A stretch of DNA of 60,575 nt, filler included, from Asterionella formosa (lineage: Eukaryota), in the NCBI GenBank assembly GCA_002256025.1. It is 23 parts of 23 records of this genome, joined end to end, with 100 filler letters (N's around TTAATTAATTAA, not from the genome) between each part and the next. Parts side by side here need not be neighbours in the genome. Positions count along the whole stretch, not along the records: positions 25,027 to 26,026 come from NKIB01005107.1; positions 26,127 to 27,126 come from NKIB01005108.1; positions 27,227 to 28,226 come from NKIB01005109.1; positions 28,327 to 29,326 come from NKIB01005110.1; positions 29,427 to 30,426 come from NKIB01005111.1; positions 30,527 to 31,526 come from NKIB01005112.1; positions 31,627 to 32,626 come from NKIB01005113.1; positions 32,727 to 33,726 come from NKIB01005114.1; 15 more parts are not named here. One strand, written 5' to 3'. The notes beneath the pieces are model-generated. The model was not told the origin of the DNA, did not search any database, and was given only the letters and a program-made list of their open reading frames with translations. Of the stretch, positions 25,059 to 37,026 are shown piece after piece. A program made the translations under genes and the position numbers. Each line of letters opens with the position of its first letter. Positions within the stretch are counted from its first letter, which is position 1.

Positions 25059-25925
25059 ATGTTGACTGCAACGACAATGATGCGACGATCCTTTCTTGCC
25101 GCCTTGACGATCATCACTGTCACTAATACATCTGCCTTAACGATTCAATCATCTTCACCTGCAAGGCCAAGCATTAGAAGCTCACTGCAAGCCTCCAAAA
25201 ATCAACAACCACAACATAAGCACCACTTGGCACCCATCGTTGCCACTGCTGCCTTGATATCCGCCTTGAGCAGCCCGTTGTCCACACTGGCCTACGATCC
25301 TTCCGATTATGCGAGTGAAACTGTCACGCAAGTGATTTCCGAATTGAAACGAGCACAAGGCAATACAGCAGACACATTCAAGGCTTTTGAAGATGTGGCG
25401 GCCATTATTACAGAAGGAAAGGGAGTTGGTGGGGCTATTAATTACAGTGAGTGAAATTTTACTTTTAGGTTGATTCTATGCTTCATTTGCTTTCTTTCCA
25501 TATTCTCACATTAATAGCACTACACTTGCTCCTACTGTATAACCATCGCGACAGAGGGAGTACAACTCAACCGCGGATACATTAGTGATGAAGATACAGC
25601 CATTTACAACCCCGGCCTCACTCTTTTGACTGAAAGTGAAAAGGAACGACTCGTTGAAGCCGTGATGGCATGCAAATCCGAGGCACGTGGGTCTTGGGAT
25701 GAAAACAATCAAGTGGCTTTGGACTTTCTCAAAGAAAAGTTGGATCCTCTGCATATGAAAGAACTTTCGGGATATTTGAGTATATTGCCAATCTACGCGG
25801 GTGTGTTGTATCTTGCAGTTTTGGCAGTGCAACAAATGGCTAGACAGTACTTTGCTCCAGCATACATTGGAGCAGCCGCCTTGATTTTCCTTCCCATGGT
25901 GGCTCTGATTGCCCTTGGACAGTAA
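25059..25925 (+). CDS. Conserved plastid/thylakoid membrane protein of unknown function; exons 25059..25446, 25555..25925
   Basis: Signal peptide plus transit peptide plus a second hydrophobic A-rich segment ending TLA-Y (lumen-type). A GTGAGT..CAG intron (25447..25554) gives GGAINYKGVQLNRGYISDEDTAIYNPGLTLLTESEKERL. There are two C-terminal TM helices. Confidence 0.82.
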
Positions 25926-26126
25926 AAGACAAGGCAATACTGGGCGGTGATGTAGAAGACGAAATTTGTGTTTGACCTTCAGTGCTACGAAATACTTTTA
26001 ACCATTATCTAAACCGGTGGTTCTCGNNNNNNNNNNNNNNNNNNNNNNNNNNNNNNNNNNNNNNNNNNNNTTAATTAATTAANNNNNNNNNNNNNNNNNN
26101 NNNNNNNNNNNNNNNNNNNNNNNNNN

Positions 26127-27126
26127 GCTATATGACCCAAACGGGAAAAAACTCTGTCACAATTACCACCATCATCACAACATACAGAGTGTCCCAGGTA
26201 TCAATGCCTCAACACAGGGATGGAATGATGTATCACCAACAATATACATTATTAATGTCAAAACAGGATTAAAAATCCAAACCTGAGGGGACAATTTGTA
26301 ACCAACATAATTATTTTCATCAATGAACAGCAGAGGAAGGGCAGGGAAATACTATTGATGATGGATGCCAATGAGAAAGTTGGCATAACCTCCCAGAGAA
26401 TCGCAGCACTGCTAAGTGAATTTTTATTGACAGATCTTCTACAACATCGTCATCATAATCTACAAAGCCTGGTAACCTAGCTACAGCAGGGGTACAAAAA
26501 CAATCGATCATATTTTGGGAACTTCAAATTGTAATGAGACAGTGGAAAGGTGTGGGATACTCCCATTTTAATATCATATACAAGCAGACCATTGAGCAAT
26601 ATACATCGATTTTAATGCAAACAAGTTAGTCAGAGGAAACCAAAACAAAATCACAGAGTTCGAAAATAGACAGTGCCAGCCTACAAACCCTGAGGAATGC
26701 ACAAAATACCTGAAGTCAGTCAAAAACTATTTGAGAATACACAAGATAGCAAGCAAGGATGGATGCACTAGATGTGTTGAGTGCAACAAGGGAAGAAATA
26801 CAGGTTGAATGGGAAAAACTGGATTGCAACATAGTTTGGGCATTGATAATAGGCAAGAAGCCAGTAAGGAAACCAATGGGGAAACAATCGTGTTCCAAGA
26901 AATTGAGGACAGCAGCTTATACATATCAATATTGGAAATGAAGGTATAAAAAGCATCAAAACAGGATTGAAGAAGATGATGTGATGGAAGAACTCTGCCT
27001 CATAACAGGAATTCCGCAAAATGATAGGTGCATTGGTTGCTCCAGGGAAATCCTGTTATCAAATGTAGGACCAGTGAGACACAACTAAGAGCTGTTCAAA
27101 ACGGTCGATGTGGAGCGTAATGGCAA
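26127..27126 (+). mobile_element. Degenerate LINE endonuclease region, copy B (near-identical to 23927..24926)
   Basis: Same 1000-bp span with scattered substitutions. The last 127 bp equal the reverse complement of 54798..54924. Confidence 0.75.
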
Positions 27127-27226
27127 NNNNNNNNNNNNNNNNNNNNNNNNNNNNNNNNNNNNNNNNNNNNTTAATTAATTAANNNNNNNNNNNNNNNNNN
27201 NNNNNNNNNNNNNNNNNNNNNNNNNN

Positions 27227-27535
27227 CTCTTCCTCTTCTTGATAGTCCTCTTCAGCCTCGTCGTCTTCCTCGCCGGGAAAGTCAAAACCATCGTCCTCTT
27301 CGTCGTCGTCTTCGTCTCGTTCGAGTTGCTTGCGACGACTGCTACTGCTACTGCTACTGGGAGTAGGCTTGCTTGGTTTGGATCGACTTGTGGCAGTCTG
27401 ACTTGCATTCGGGGGTTTGCGCGCCGCCGCCGACGGCGGTCGTGAAGGCTTCTTGGCCTCCGCTAAGTTTCGCTCATCGCTGGCTAGGCTAGCCAGCAAT
27501 ACAAACAATGCGCATGCTGATGGAAGAATCCTCAT
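27227..27535 (-). CDS. N-terminus of a secretory-pathway protein (signal peptide, P/S-rich then acidic tract); truncated by contig end
   Basis: MRILPSACALFVLLASLA signal peptide followed by KKPSRPP..SSSS..DEDDDEEDD. Gene-like GC/CpG content, with a GGTACC cluster immediately upstream. Confidence 0.7.
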
Positions 27536-28651
27536 GGCTCGGAACTATACAGGGACGAGACGCGGCTTGCTTCTTGCTGTGTAAAATGAAAAGCCTGTTG
27601 CGGATTTTCTTGGCCCTGTTTCCGGGTATACTACTAGTGGTAGTTGGAATACCGGTACCTGGTACCTGGTACCTGGTAGGAGGCATCGTGAATGGGCGAG
27701 CATGTACTCCGTACTATTTGTCAACCGGTCGTAGTTACGAATAAAATGCTCTCAGCTCAGAGAGTACTCGTACAACTCCAGTACCAGGTACCTTGTACAT
27801 CAAATAATTGCAACTCGGAGTGAAAGTTGAGCAACGCACCAGTACGGTATTCTACGTACAGTAGTGTATCTGTCTGTTGTAATTATTTATCCTTTGACTG
27901 TACCAGGTACCAGGTACTGTATTGAACGGAGATTAGATTGCCATCAGCATGATGTGATGGCCGACCACATCCAAGTGGAAGTGCATGGTAGGAGAATAGA
28001 CTCCACGTGTCATTTTTGCAGCTCCATGGGTCATTTTCAAAATAGCTACAGTATGGAGGGATTATGAGCCTATGATCCAAGAAACGGGTTCAACTCTGAT
28101 ATGGTACCTGGTAACCAGGTAGTGGTACTGGTACCCAGGGTAATTGCTAATATGAGTCGTGCCCATTACTAGAACGAACGTTAATATAAATGCTGCAATA
28201 CCATGTTTGTCTAAACTATGAGCGTANNNNNNNNNNNNNNNNNNNNNNNNNNNNNNNNNNNNNNNNNNNNTTAATTAATTAANNNNNNNNNNNNNNNNNN
28301 NNNNNNNNNNNNNNNNNNNNNNNNNNAGGAACCTCTAAACATGATTTCAAATGTATATATAGGCTATTTATACATTTATAAAATTTTGTCAACTTATAAA
28401 TATATAAACATTATGTGTATACTATCATCAATTAAGCTTATACATAATTCAAATATATACATTGCATGAGGATATCATTGTTTTCCACGACCTGATGTAA
28501 TGTTTTTGAATTTTTCCACATCAATTCTTTTACCTACAAGTAAGCAATTTAATTAAGCCCCTCAATTAGTGGGAGTCATACGACATTTTTCATATGGTAC
28601 AAATCATAAAATATTGAATGGTAGATGAATCGCTCGAATCAATCGTTATGA

Positions 28652-28942
28652 ATTACAGATCATACCTCCTGGTTAGAAATGATTGCCAATAAATAAGATC
28701 ACAGATAACAATTTTTAGCTTTTTTATCTTACTTTTCACATGAATATATCTTACTACTAAAAAATTACAGATCATGCTTTGGTTAGATATCATTGCCAAT
28801 AAATAAGATCACAGATAATCATTTGTAGCTTTTTTGATCTTACTTTTAACATGAATATATCTTAATACTTAAAACCCAGATAATACTTTCTGGTTAGATA
28901 TGATTGCCGATAAATAAGATCACAGATAACAACTTTTAGCTT
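28652..28942. repeat. Diverged tandem repeat, ~3 x 111 bp
   Basis: ggttaga.at..ttgcc.ataaataagatcacagataa recurs three times. Confidence 0.85.
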
Positions 28943-30526
28943 GTACGAGGTGACAATAGATATCAATATCACCTTGTTTGTACGAGAACAACGTTTTTTG
29001 CGTCCAGGTACCAGGGTACTCATAAATATCTGCCTGATGAAATGAACAACGATCGCGACTCATCAGATGATGACCTCTCCTACACTTCCCTACATACCGG
29101 TTAAACATATACAGGAAGAAAACGAGAATGGCAACCGAAGGAGGAGGCGGAGGATCAAAGGAAGTCCCTTACCGGTAGCTACCGGTAGTCTGTACCTGCA
29201 GTTTTTTGAATAATAGTAGCACCACGTTTCCTGTAAATTCCTTATTCTTACGCAGCTAGTACTACGCCTATCTAAACTGCCCATCAAAAACTAATATGAC
29301 TATGCATTTGTATATTGGTATTCTAGNNNNNNNNNNNNNNNNNNNNNNNNNNNNNNNNNNNNNNNNNNNNTTAATTAATTAANNNNNNNNNNNNNNNNNN
29401 NNNNNNNNNNNNNNNNNNNNNNNNNNTGCTGGTGCTCTGCTCCTCAACCCAGGCAGGAGCCAGTTGTCGTCGTTGGGAGACTGAGACACAGTGTCAAATT
29501 CCTTTCATGTGGAAATTAGTTTCCATGGCGGTGGTATGTTGTAGACGAGGCTAAACTAGTACCAAATGGACGTACTGAATACTACTGATATGTTGTATAT
29601 GCACATGAAAACAAAATTGGCATGCAGAGGATTCAAATCCGACAGTGACGAACAATGAACCAATAACAAGCACGGTCGGAAGTTGGCTTGAAAATTGAAT
29701 AGAGAAAGACATTCTGCTTGAACCATGGCAAAGGCCTCTCACAATGTCATGTCATTTTCTCCAAAATCCAAATGTTTGCTATGCCGGTAAAATACAACAA
29801 CGATAAGGAGCATGATAGATATGTTCACATTTTTTGTTTCAGTTATCGTTTATGGCAACTACCGGTAACAAAATCTAATCAATGTACCGAACTCACCAAG
29901 GAAAGAAGTAAGCAGTGATCAAACAGTCACGTGAAATCTCATCATTTTTATTCATTGTGCTTACTTCGAATACTCATGTTACATATTCCGTTGTTGAATC
30001 ATACAATCATACTTTCTTTGGATATTGTGGAATACATGTATAGAATCACATGCATGATCTTAAAAAATAACAGCCGACGTGTCATATTGTATGTACCCAG
30101 TCTTGAAATTTGACCCAAACACAACGGCAGCTGACTAATTCAGATTGGGGATGAGATTAGTGTATTAAGCTTTCGCAGATATTATCAGATGATCATCTGT
30201 AAGCCGGAGAATTCGTCTCCACCTTTCATTGTACTACTTTGTACAATGACTTGAATTGTCATGAGGTCATTCCCTTGGGAACCCAGATCGTTGCAATTTT
30301 AGACCAGTCTACTCCACTTATGCAGAATCCTTCTCATCTGCCATGTCCTCAATGGAGGAAATGTCCTCCTTGGTGTGATATAGTTCAAGACGGCCCACTA
30401 GTTCAGCAATAAATCCCTTGTATGGANNNNNNNNNNNNNNNNNNNNNNNNNNNNNNNNNNNNNNNNNNNNTTAATTAATTAANNNNNNNNNNNNNNNNNN
30501 NNNNNNNNNNNNNNNNNNNNNNNNNN

Positions 30527-31526
30527 ACACAGAACCATCCGTCTGATCCGAGCTTATTGCTGAGCGCAATCTGGACTTCGAGACTAACTCCAGGGGAAAG
30601 CCTGATCTCAATCGACCCTTTGTTACCAGACGTGACACTTTGTGTCACATAAGTACTGTCCCAGTACCAACGTTCGTAACCGACAACAAAGGTGGTATTT
30701 GTGATAACTTCGACCATCTGTTCAGAAACATCAAAAGAAACGTTGAGCCCACTTGTCAATATTACATTCCCGTTCGATCCAGTGATTGTGATTCGCTGAC
30801 CAGTTGCCAAGCCGTGGGCCTTTGTAGTTGTAATCAACACGACTTGATTCCCGGAGAAAAGCGTTGCACCCGTCTTAACAATTGATGAGATGGCAATAGC
30901 ACGGCTATATGAATGAGCTTGTGAGACTGAGTCTATTGTGTTTCTTTCACTCCACTTCGATACTTGTTGCGAGTTCGTCCTCCCCCACTCCATGAAGCGA
31001 ATAACGCCTCGTTTGAATGCATCTAGAGAGTCGAGAAACAAAGGATGGAATAGCTGTGCGCATTTTCCTTGGATCTTGTCACAGGTGCCACAGCATTCGG
31101 AATCAGAAATGCAGCGCTGACCAATTACCCCGCATGAAACTGTTCTGTTAACGCACTTTCCACAATAATCGTTTGTGTTTTTCAGATAATCAGTAGTAGA
31201 ATTGCTATTTACGCACGTACTGATATCAGAGGATATCGTCTCGTTTGAAACCCTATGGCAGACCCAACTCTTTGATGGTGCACATGTGTCCGTGCAGTTG
31301 GTGACAGGATTGTCAATTTGAAGACAGGCCCCACAATAGTCACTTGTGTAGTTTTGCAGGTATGATGCACTTTCCTGTTGGGTCATGCAAATAGTTCTAT
31401 AGCGGCCATTATCAAACTTGTGGCAAAGTTGAATCTTGCCAGTTTCAAGTGGACATTTGTGGTTGACGTTGGTTATGTTACAAAACGTGGTGCTGAGACG
31501 CGGGGCAAACCCGGGCATATATACTT
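30527..31526 (-). CDS. Partial mosaic protein: Cys-rich repeats, knottin-like module and glycoside-hydrolase-like ('cellulose-binding protein'-type) barrel with an inserted beta-domain
   Basis: Open across the entire contig. Contains FHPLFLDSL..F..VIRFMEWGRTN..KWSER and GVSLEVQIALSNKLGSDGWFC, two K...CH...TC......YL...DYCG.C repeats, a C-x6-C-x5-CC-x2-C-x6-C module and ITTTKAHGLATGQRITITG. Confidence 0.75.
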
Positions 31527-31899
31527 NNNNNNNNNNNNNNNNNNNNNNNNNNNNNNNNNNNNNNNNNNNNTTAATTAATTAANNNNNNNNNNNNNNNNNN
31601 NNNNNNNNNNNNNNNNNNNNNNNNNNTCTAACAAGAACGTAATACATCTACAATTGAAACGCAGCATAGCAGGCGATATTCACAAAGAAGCATGAGACTG
31701 TGCCGTCTATTTATAGTAACAGAGTGATTCTGGTTTCGTAATTTTCATGTCTCATCAGATTTTCTTTTTCATCGTACTAGTTCCTTGCCTTTGAAGACAG
31801 GAGCGAATTATTTGATGTATCTGGAATGTTTCAATGGATGGCAGCAGTTGGATTAAGACACAAACCTCGACAAAAGCACTAGCTAGTACTTTGTTGATG

Positions 31900-32626
31900 T
31901 TCATTAAAAGCCAGACACTTTGCTTGGCCTATCTCCCACCTGTCAGTCTACACTGCAAAAATGCAAGAAGCACAAGCAAGTTGAATGCCCATTTATGGAT
32001 TCAAGTTTCAGTAGTGCAACAATGTAAATTATTAGAAAACGGAAGTCACATTTCATCTAATTACGGTTTTCATTAGCTATACTAGTATTGACTGAGAGGA
32101 AGCAATGGTAGAATGGCTGCCAAACGAGCAGGGGCAAACACAGAGAAGCCTACTAATTTTTCTCCCCAATGATCCCAGACCCTTCTTGAATGTCACTTGC
32201 TACAGAAAATGGAGAACAGCCGCCATGAGCTGTTGAATGTTGCTGTATGGTGCCACTGACCAAAACCTCCAGAAATCTCAATGAGTTACTTGCTTCTTGA
32301 CTTGAATGCAAAAGGGATCGAAACTGGTGGAAAAATCAAAAGGGAAATAGCTATAAATGCTCTGCAAACATCAGGACAATTGTGAAAGAGAAATGAAGGT
32401 TCTTGGGAGGAGAAGTAAAGGGATAACTGCTTCTGGTCTTGCGGGGGGAACAAGAATGGATTGACCCAAACAATGTTGAAAAATAGGTACCTGCTATGGG
32501 AAAGGAAGCAATGCTTTCAGCATCATCAATCTATACACAAGCCTGCGCCACCTGATGTCGTCAATATAGCTACCTCGACTTCATCAATGAAGAAGTCAAT
32601 GGGTGGAGCATGTGAGGAAAATCGGG
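31900..32626 (+). mobile_element. Degenerate Tc1/mariner-like transposase remnant, homologue of 1..652
   Basis: High nucleotide similarity to the window start (ttgaatgcccatttatggattcaagtttcagtagtgc ... gaagaagtcaatgggtggagcatgtgaggaaaatcggg). Confidence 0.65.
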
Positions 32627-32726
32627 NNNNNNNNNNNNNNNNNNNNNNNNNNNNNNNNNNNNNNNNNNNNTTAATTAATTAANNNNNNNNNNNNNNNNNN
32701 NNNNNNNNNNNNNNNNNNNNNNNNNN

Positions 32727-33726
32727 ACAGCAAAGTGAATGATCAATTTTTGGAATGGCTCAAAAAGAAATACGCTTCTGACGAAATTGGTGAAGTCAAG
32801 GTCATGCGTGGAAAGAAGCATGATTATTTGGCTATGACGCTAGATTACTCTCTTCCAGGAGTGTTGAGGGTGGACATGACCAAATATGTGAAATCAATGA
32901 TTGATGATTTTCCAGTGAAACTTGAAGGTGTCGGAAAATTCCCATGGACAGATAAATTGTTCACAGTTGATATGAAATCAAAGAAGCTTGAATGTGAAAA
33001 AGCAAAAATATTTCATACTTTTGTTATGAAAGGAATGTTCCTATGTAAGCGAGGAAGACAGGACATTCAACCAGGAATTGCATTTCTGGCAACCCGAACT
33101 ATCGAACCGAATGAAGGTGATTGGGTAAAATTAGTCAAGATCATGAATTTCTTGAAAGCAACTCAGAACGAGGTTGCATCTATGAGTGCTGATGACACTC
33201 AGAGCATTAAATGGTACGTTGATGCGGCGTTTGCAGTGCACAAAGATTTTAAAAGTCACACAGGAGCTACAATGTCACTTGGAAACGGAATTATCTGTTC
33301 TATGTCTACAAAACAGAAAGTGAACACTAGAAGTTCGACTGAAGCAGAATTGGTTGGTGTCGATGACATCATATCAAAGGTGTTGTGGACGAAATTATTT
33401 ATTGAAGCACAAGGACACAAGGTGACTACGAATGTCATTTACCGTGACAACACTAGCGCAATGAAGCTAGAAGCAAATGGAAAAGCAAGTTCAGGAAAAC
33501 GCACGCGACATTTCAACATCAAATATTTTTATATTACTGATCTTATTGAAAGAAAGGAAGTACAAATCAAGTACTGTCCATCGGATGCAATGTTAGCAGA
33601 CTACATGACGAAACCACTGGTTGGAACGAAATTTATTCATTTTCGTCAGCAAATTATGAATTCAAAGTGAGCATCCGTGTCCAGCAGGAGTGTGTTGGAG
33701 AAAATATTTTAGGAAAGAAAATCCCG
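32727..33726 (+). mobile_element. Ty1/copia (CoDi-type) RT C-terminus plus RNase H, followed by probable PPT and start of 3' LTR
   Basis: WYVDAAFAVHKDFKSHTG, KQKVNTRSSTEAELVGVDD, YRDNTSAMKLE, RTRHFNIKYFYITD and MLADYMTKPL. Stop at 33670, then cagcaggagtg and TGTTGG at 33693. Confidence 0.93.
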
Positions 33727-34229
33727 NNNNNNNNNNNNNNNNNNNNNNNNNNNNNNNNNNNNNNNNNNNNTTAATTAATTAANNNNNNNNNNNNNNNNNN
33801 NNNNNNNNNNNNNNNNNNNNNNNNNNTATATTGGATAAAATTATTGAGTATAACGCTAGCTTGCTTGCTTTTTCCGTTTTCAGTCTACCATCATCACCAA
33901 ACCTGGTGTCTCGTACTACCCCTCAATGTACACAGCCACAACTGATTTTACTTACTAGAGGGGAGTACAACAAGACATTGGTCCTTTTTTGATCATCCAA
34001 CATTATGAAAAAATAAACATCACCACCAATTTCTCCGTAGTAGTAGTCTAAAACGTAAATATCTTAAAAGATAGATATATTGTTGTGGGTTCAAATGCTT
34101 TATATGATGAATAGAAGTTCTAGTTTTGGTGCACTGGTGCACCCAAGTGTTGCGATGGCTTCAAAAGTAATTCCTAAAATGTATACTCTTTTGTACCTAA
34201 TCTTACCATGGTATGAATTTGTTTTTACT

Positions 34230-34655
34230 CCACAATTTCGATCCATCGACATATTAATATAAGCCAACAACCAAATCACTTGCATGATTATTCAACCAGA
34301 ATTATGACATGCACAAAATATTTCTGCATCATGCGGCAGCAGAAAAAATATTTCAATGAATGCTTCTGGCAAGCTGACAACATGATCAACAAGGCCAGCA
34401 CTGGTGCCTGAGCCTGTAGCATTCAGCTTGATATTTGTGCCACAACAAGCTTGCAACTTGCAGCTTCAACTATTGAAATAGATCTCAGGCCCAGGATGAT
34501 ATCGCCATTGCAAATGTCATTGGCATTGCTGGTGTTGGTGTTGATTGTTGTTTAATGATGGTGACTGGCAAGAATGCAATTATTGTATAAATACATTAAC
34601 AAATAGCTAGAATACAATAATATGCTGTTATTTCTTCTGTATACATGAAATATTT
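34230..34655 (+). repeat. Dispersed repeat, homologue at ~36065..36455
   Basis: Shared ttaatataagccaac, gacatgcac.aaatatttctgcatcatg, gcattcagcttgata, gaaatagatctcagg and aaatagctagaatacaataatatgctgtta. Confidence 0.85.
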
Positions 34656-35287
34656 TCAACCTGGCTGTGATTTTGTTGATCTATGGCTACGATTCGATGA
34701 TCATTGCTTGACCATGGAAATTCCGATACAAGATGTCCCAGTAAATGCTCATGTTGTATTTATGACAGAATAGTCAGCCAGGCCGCCTTGGTACCGGGAG
34801 TGGGTGGAGTGGTGGGTGACAACCGGNNNNNNNNNNNNNNNNNNNNNNNNNNNNNNNNNNNNNNNNNNNNTTAATTAATTAANNNNNNNNNNNNNNNNNN
34901 NNNNNNNNNNNNNNNNNNNNNNNNNNGTGATCGCCCGATGTAAATTATAACTACAACGTATCCTGGAAACCAGCTCAACTCTATGCTATCATGTGAATTG
35001 TTTCATCGTAAATCTATTGTAAACATGATCATAATTCTAATCACAAGCATTGCTCAAAATAGATTGAAATGGATCGTAATTTAACTATCAAATTAAGCAA
35101 TGCTATCTATTAATCTACATGCCAGCGACCCAACGTTTCTCTCTCTACTCGGCTCAATGTATATCCCTTTCTCGCTCTGTCTTCCTCTGATCTGAATCGT
35201 GTGCGAGGCAGTGCCCTACTGATGCTGCGTCTCTTTCCCTGCTGTAAGTGTCATTCTGAACTTGCCGACTATTCCGTTGTTTGATTG

Positions 35288-35417
35288 TTTTTATTTTCCT
35301 ATGCATGCTGTTACAGTTACAATGAGAAGGAATGGTTTGTTAGCTAGTCATGTTTATTTTCCTATGCATGCTGTTACAGTTACAATGAGAAGGAATGGTT
35401 TGTTAGCTAGTCATGTT
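35288..35417. repeat. Tandem duplication 2 x 63 bp inside dispersed repeat 35080..35900
   Basis: tttattttcctatgcatgctgttacagttacaatgagaaggaatggtttgttagctagtcatg occurs twice. Confidence 0.9.
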
Positions 35418-36526
35418 ACATTGACACAAGAACACGCAATTCCATCGTATCCTCTTGCTTCACTTACCACAAATCAATGCAACTGATGCATAAGTCTGTA
35501 ATAGTAACTTGTCAGTAAGCCAAATTCTTGAATAAGTAAGTTTCGGGTATCCAATGTTGTCGAATAAAACTTACCGGTTCATTTTTGTCATCTTAACTTT
35601 GAGAGAATATAAACGTTTTGTTAGTTTTGTTCCAACAGAAGTGAACAGGTCCAACGAGCGACAAGAGCACTTATGCAATTTGGTTTGGTTTTGTTTTACA
35701 TTGGTGCTCCCCAACAAGCGAAACGAGCTGTTGAATCAACTGAGAAAAAAGGAAATGTGGCTGCGATTAGTTAACAATTTGTTGTTTTGCTGCCTGTCTC
35801 CCAACGATTGTCATCCAAGTACCACATTGATGGCTTCATTACCTTAGACATTCTCCATCCTTCGAAGGCGCAATGTGTCGAAGTCACAATGTTTTTCGTT
35901 ATGTATTGCGAAAACTTTCTTTTCTTNNNNNNNNNNNNNNNNNNNNNNNNNNNNNNNNNNNNNNNNNNNNTTAATTAATTAANNNNNNNNNNNNNNNNNN
36001 NNNNNNNNNNNNNNNNNNNNNNNNNNGTATTAACTTGTGTAGACTCTACGACTTGGATCGTGATGGAAATTAATATAAGCCAACCACATCACTTATATGA
36101 TTATTCGACCAGAATCATGACATGCACGAAATATTTCTGCATCATGAGGCAGCAGACGAAATGATTCTGTGAACACTTCCGGCAAGCCGACAACATCAAG
36201 GCCAGAACTGCCTGAGCCTTTAGCATTCAGCTTGATAATCGCTCCACAACAAGCATGCAAGTTGCAGCTTCGACTTTTGAAATAGATCTCAGGACAAGGA
36301 TATCGCCATCGCAAATGTCATTGGCATCGCTCGTGTTGTTGTTGATTGTTGTTTCATGATGGTGACCGGTAAGAATACAATTATAGTAAATTCATTAATA
36401 AATAGCTAGAATACAATAATATGCTGTTATTTTTTCTGTAGACATAAAATATTTGGGGGTGTTGTGCCAGATGTACGAAGGGGGGTACAGGTATCTGGGG
36501 GGATACGAGACACCAGGTTTTACGGT

Positions 36527-37026
36527 ATTCACTTGCGAATGGGTTGTCCCGGCCGTCGAGCCATGGAACTACTGCTCAATGGGAAGAGTGTTATTGGTCT
36601 TCCCCCAAATGTTCCTATTCCCACCAATTTCTCATGCCCTATCTGTCTAAAAGAAAAACAACCATCACTTCCTAAAAATCACACCAAGGAATCTCTATTT
36701 AAGGTAGTGGGACAATTATTGCACATGGATTTTGGTTTTTATGGGAAGCAATCATGTCGTGGTTTCAAATGTTTTCTTGTCGTCACTGAAGCTATTTCCA
36801 ATCACCGATGGACATTCTGCCGCCAATCCAAGGCAACCCCGGTCAAACTCATTTTATGGATTATTCAACATATTCAAATTCGAACAGGTCACAACATTCG
36901 TCGCATTTGTATGGATGGTGAATTATTTGCGAATAACACATTAAAAACGCAATTGTCACTGTTGCATATCACAGCTGAACCCACAGGAGCATATACATCT
37001 TCTCAAAATGGCAAAGCAGAGGTATC
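36527..37026 (+). mobile_element. Ty1/copia GAG-pre-integrase and integrase (rve) fragment
   Basis: HLRMGCPG..CPICLKEK zinc-binding region, LLHMDFGF (D), IRRICMDGELF (D) and PTGAYTSSQNGKAE (E). Confidence 0.85.

Noticed and set aside
19525..37026. Apparent cluster of copia integrase, RT/RNase H, LINE and transposase pieces forming one composite element
   Set aside because: Each piece is on a separate 1-kb contig, and the order reflects contig length rather than genome position.
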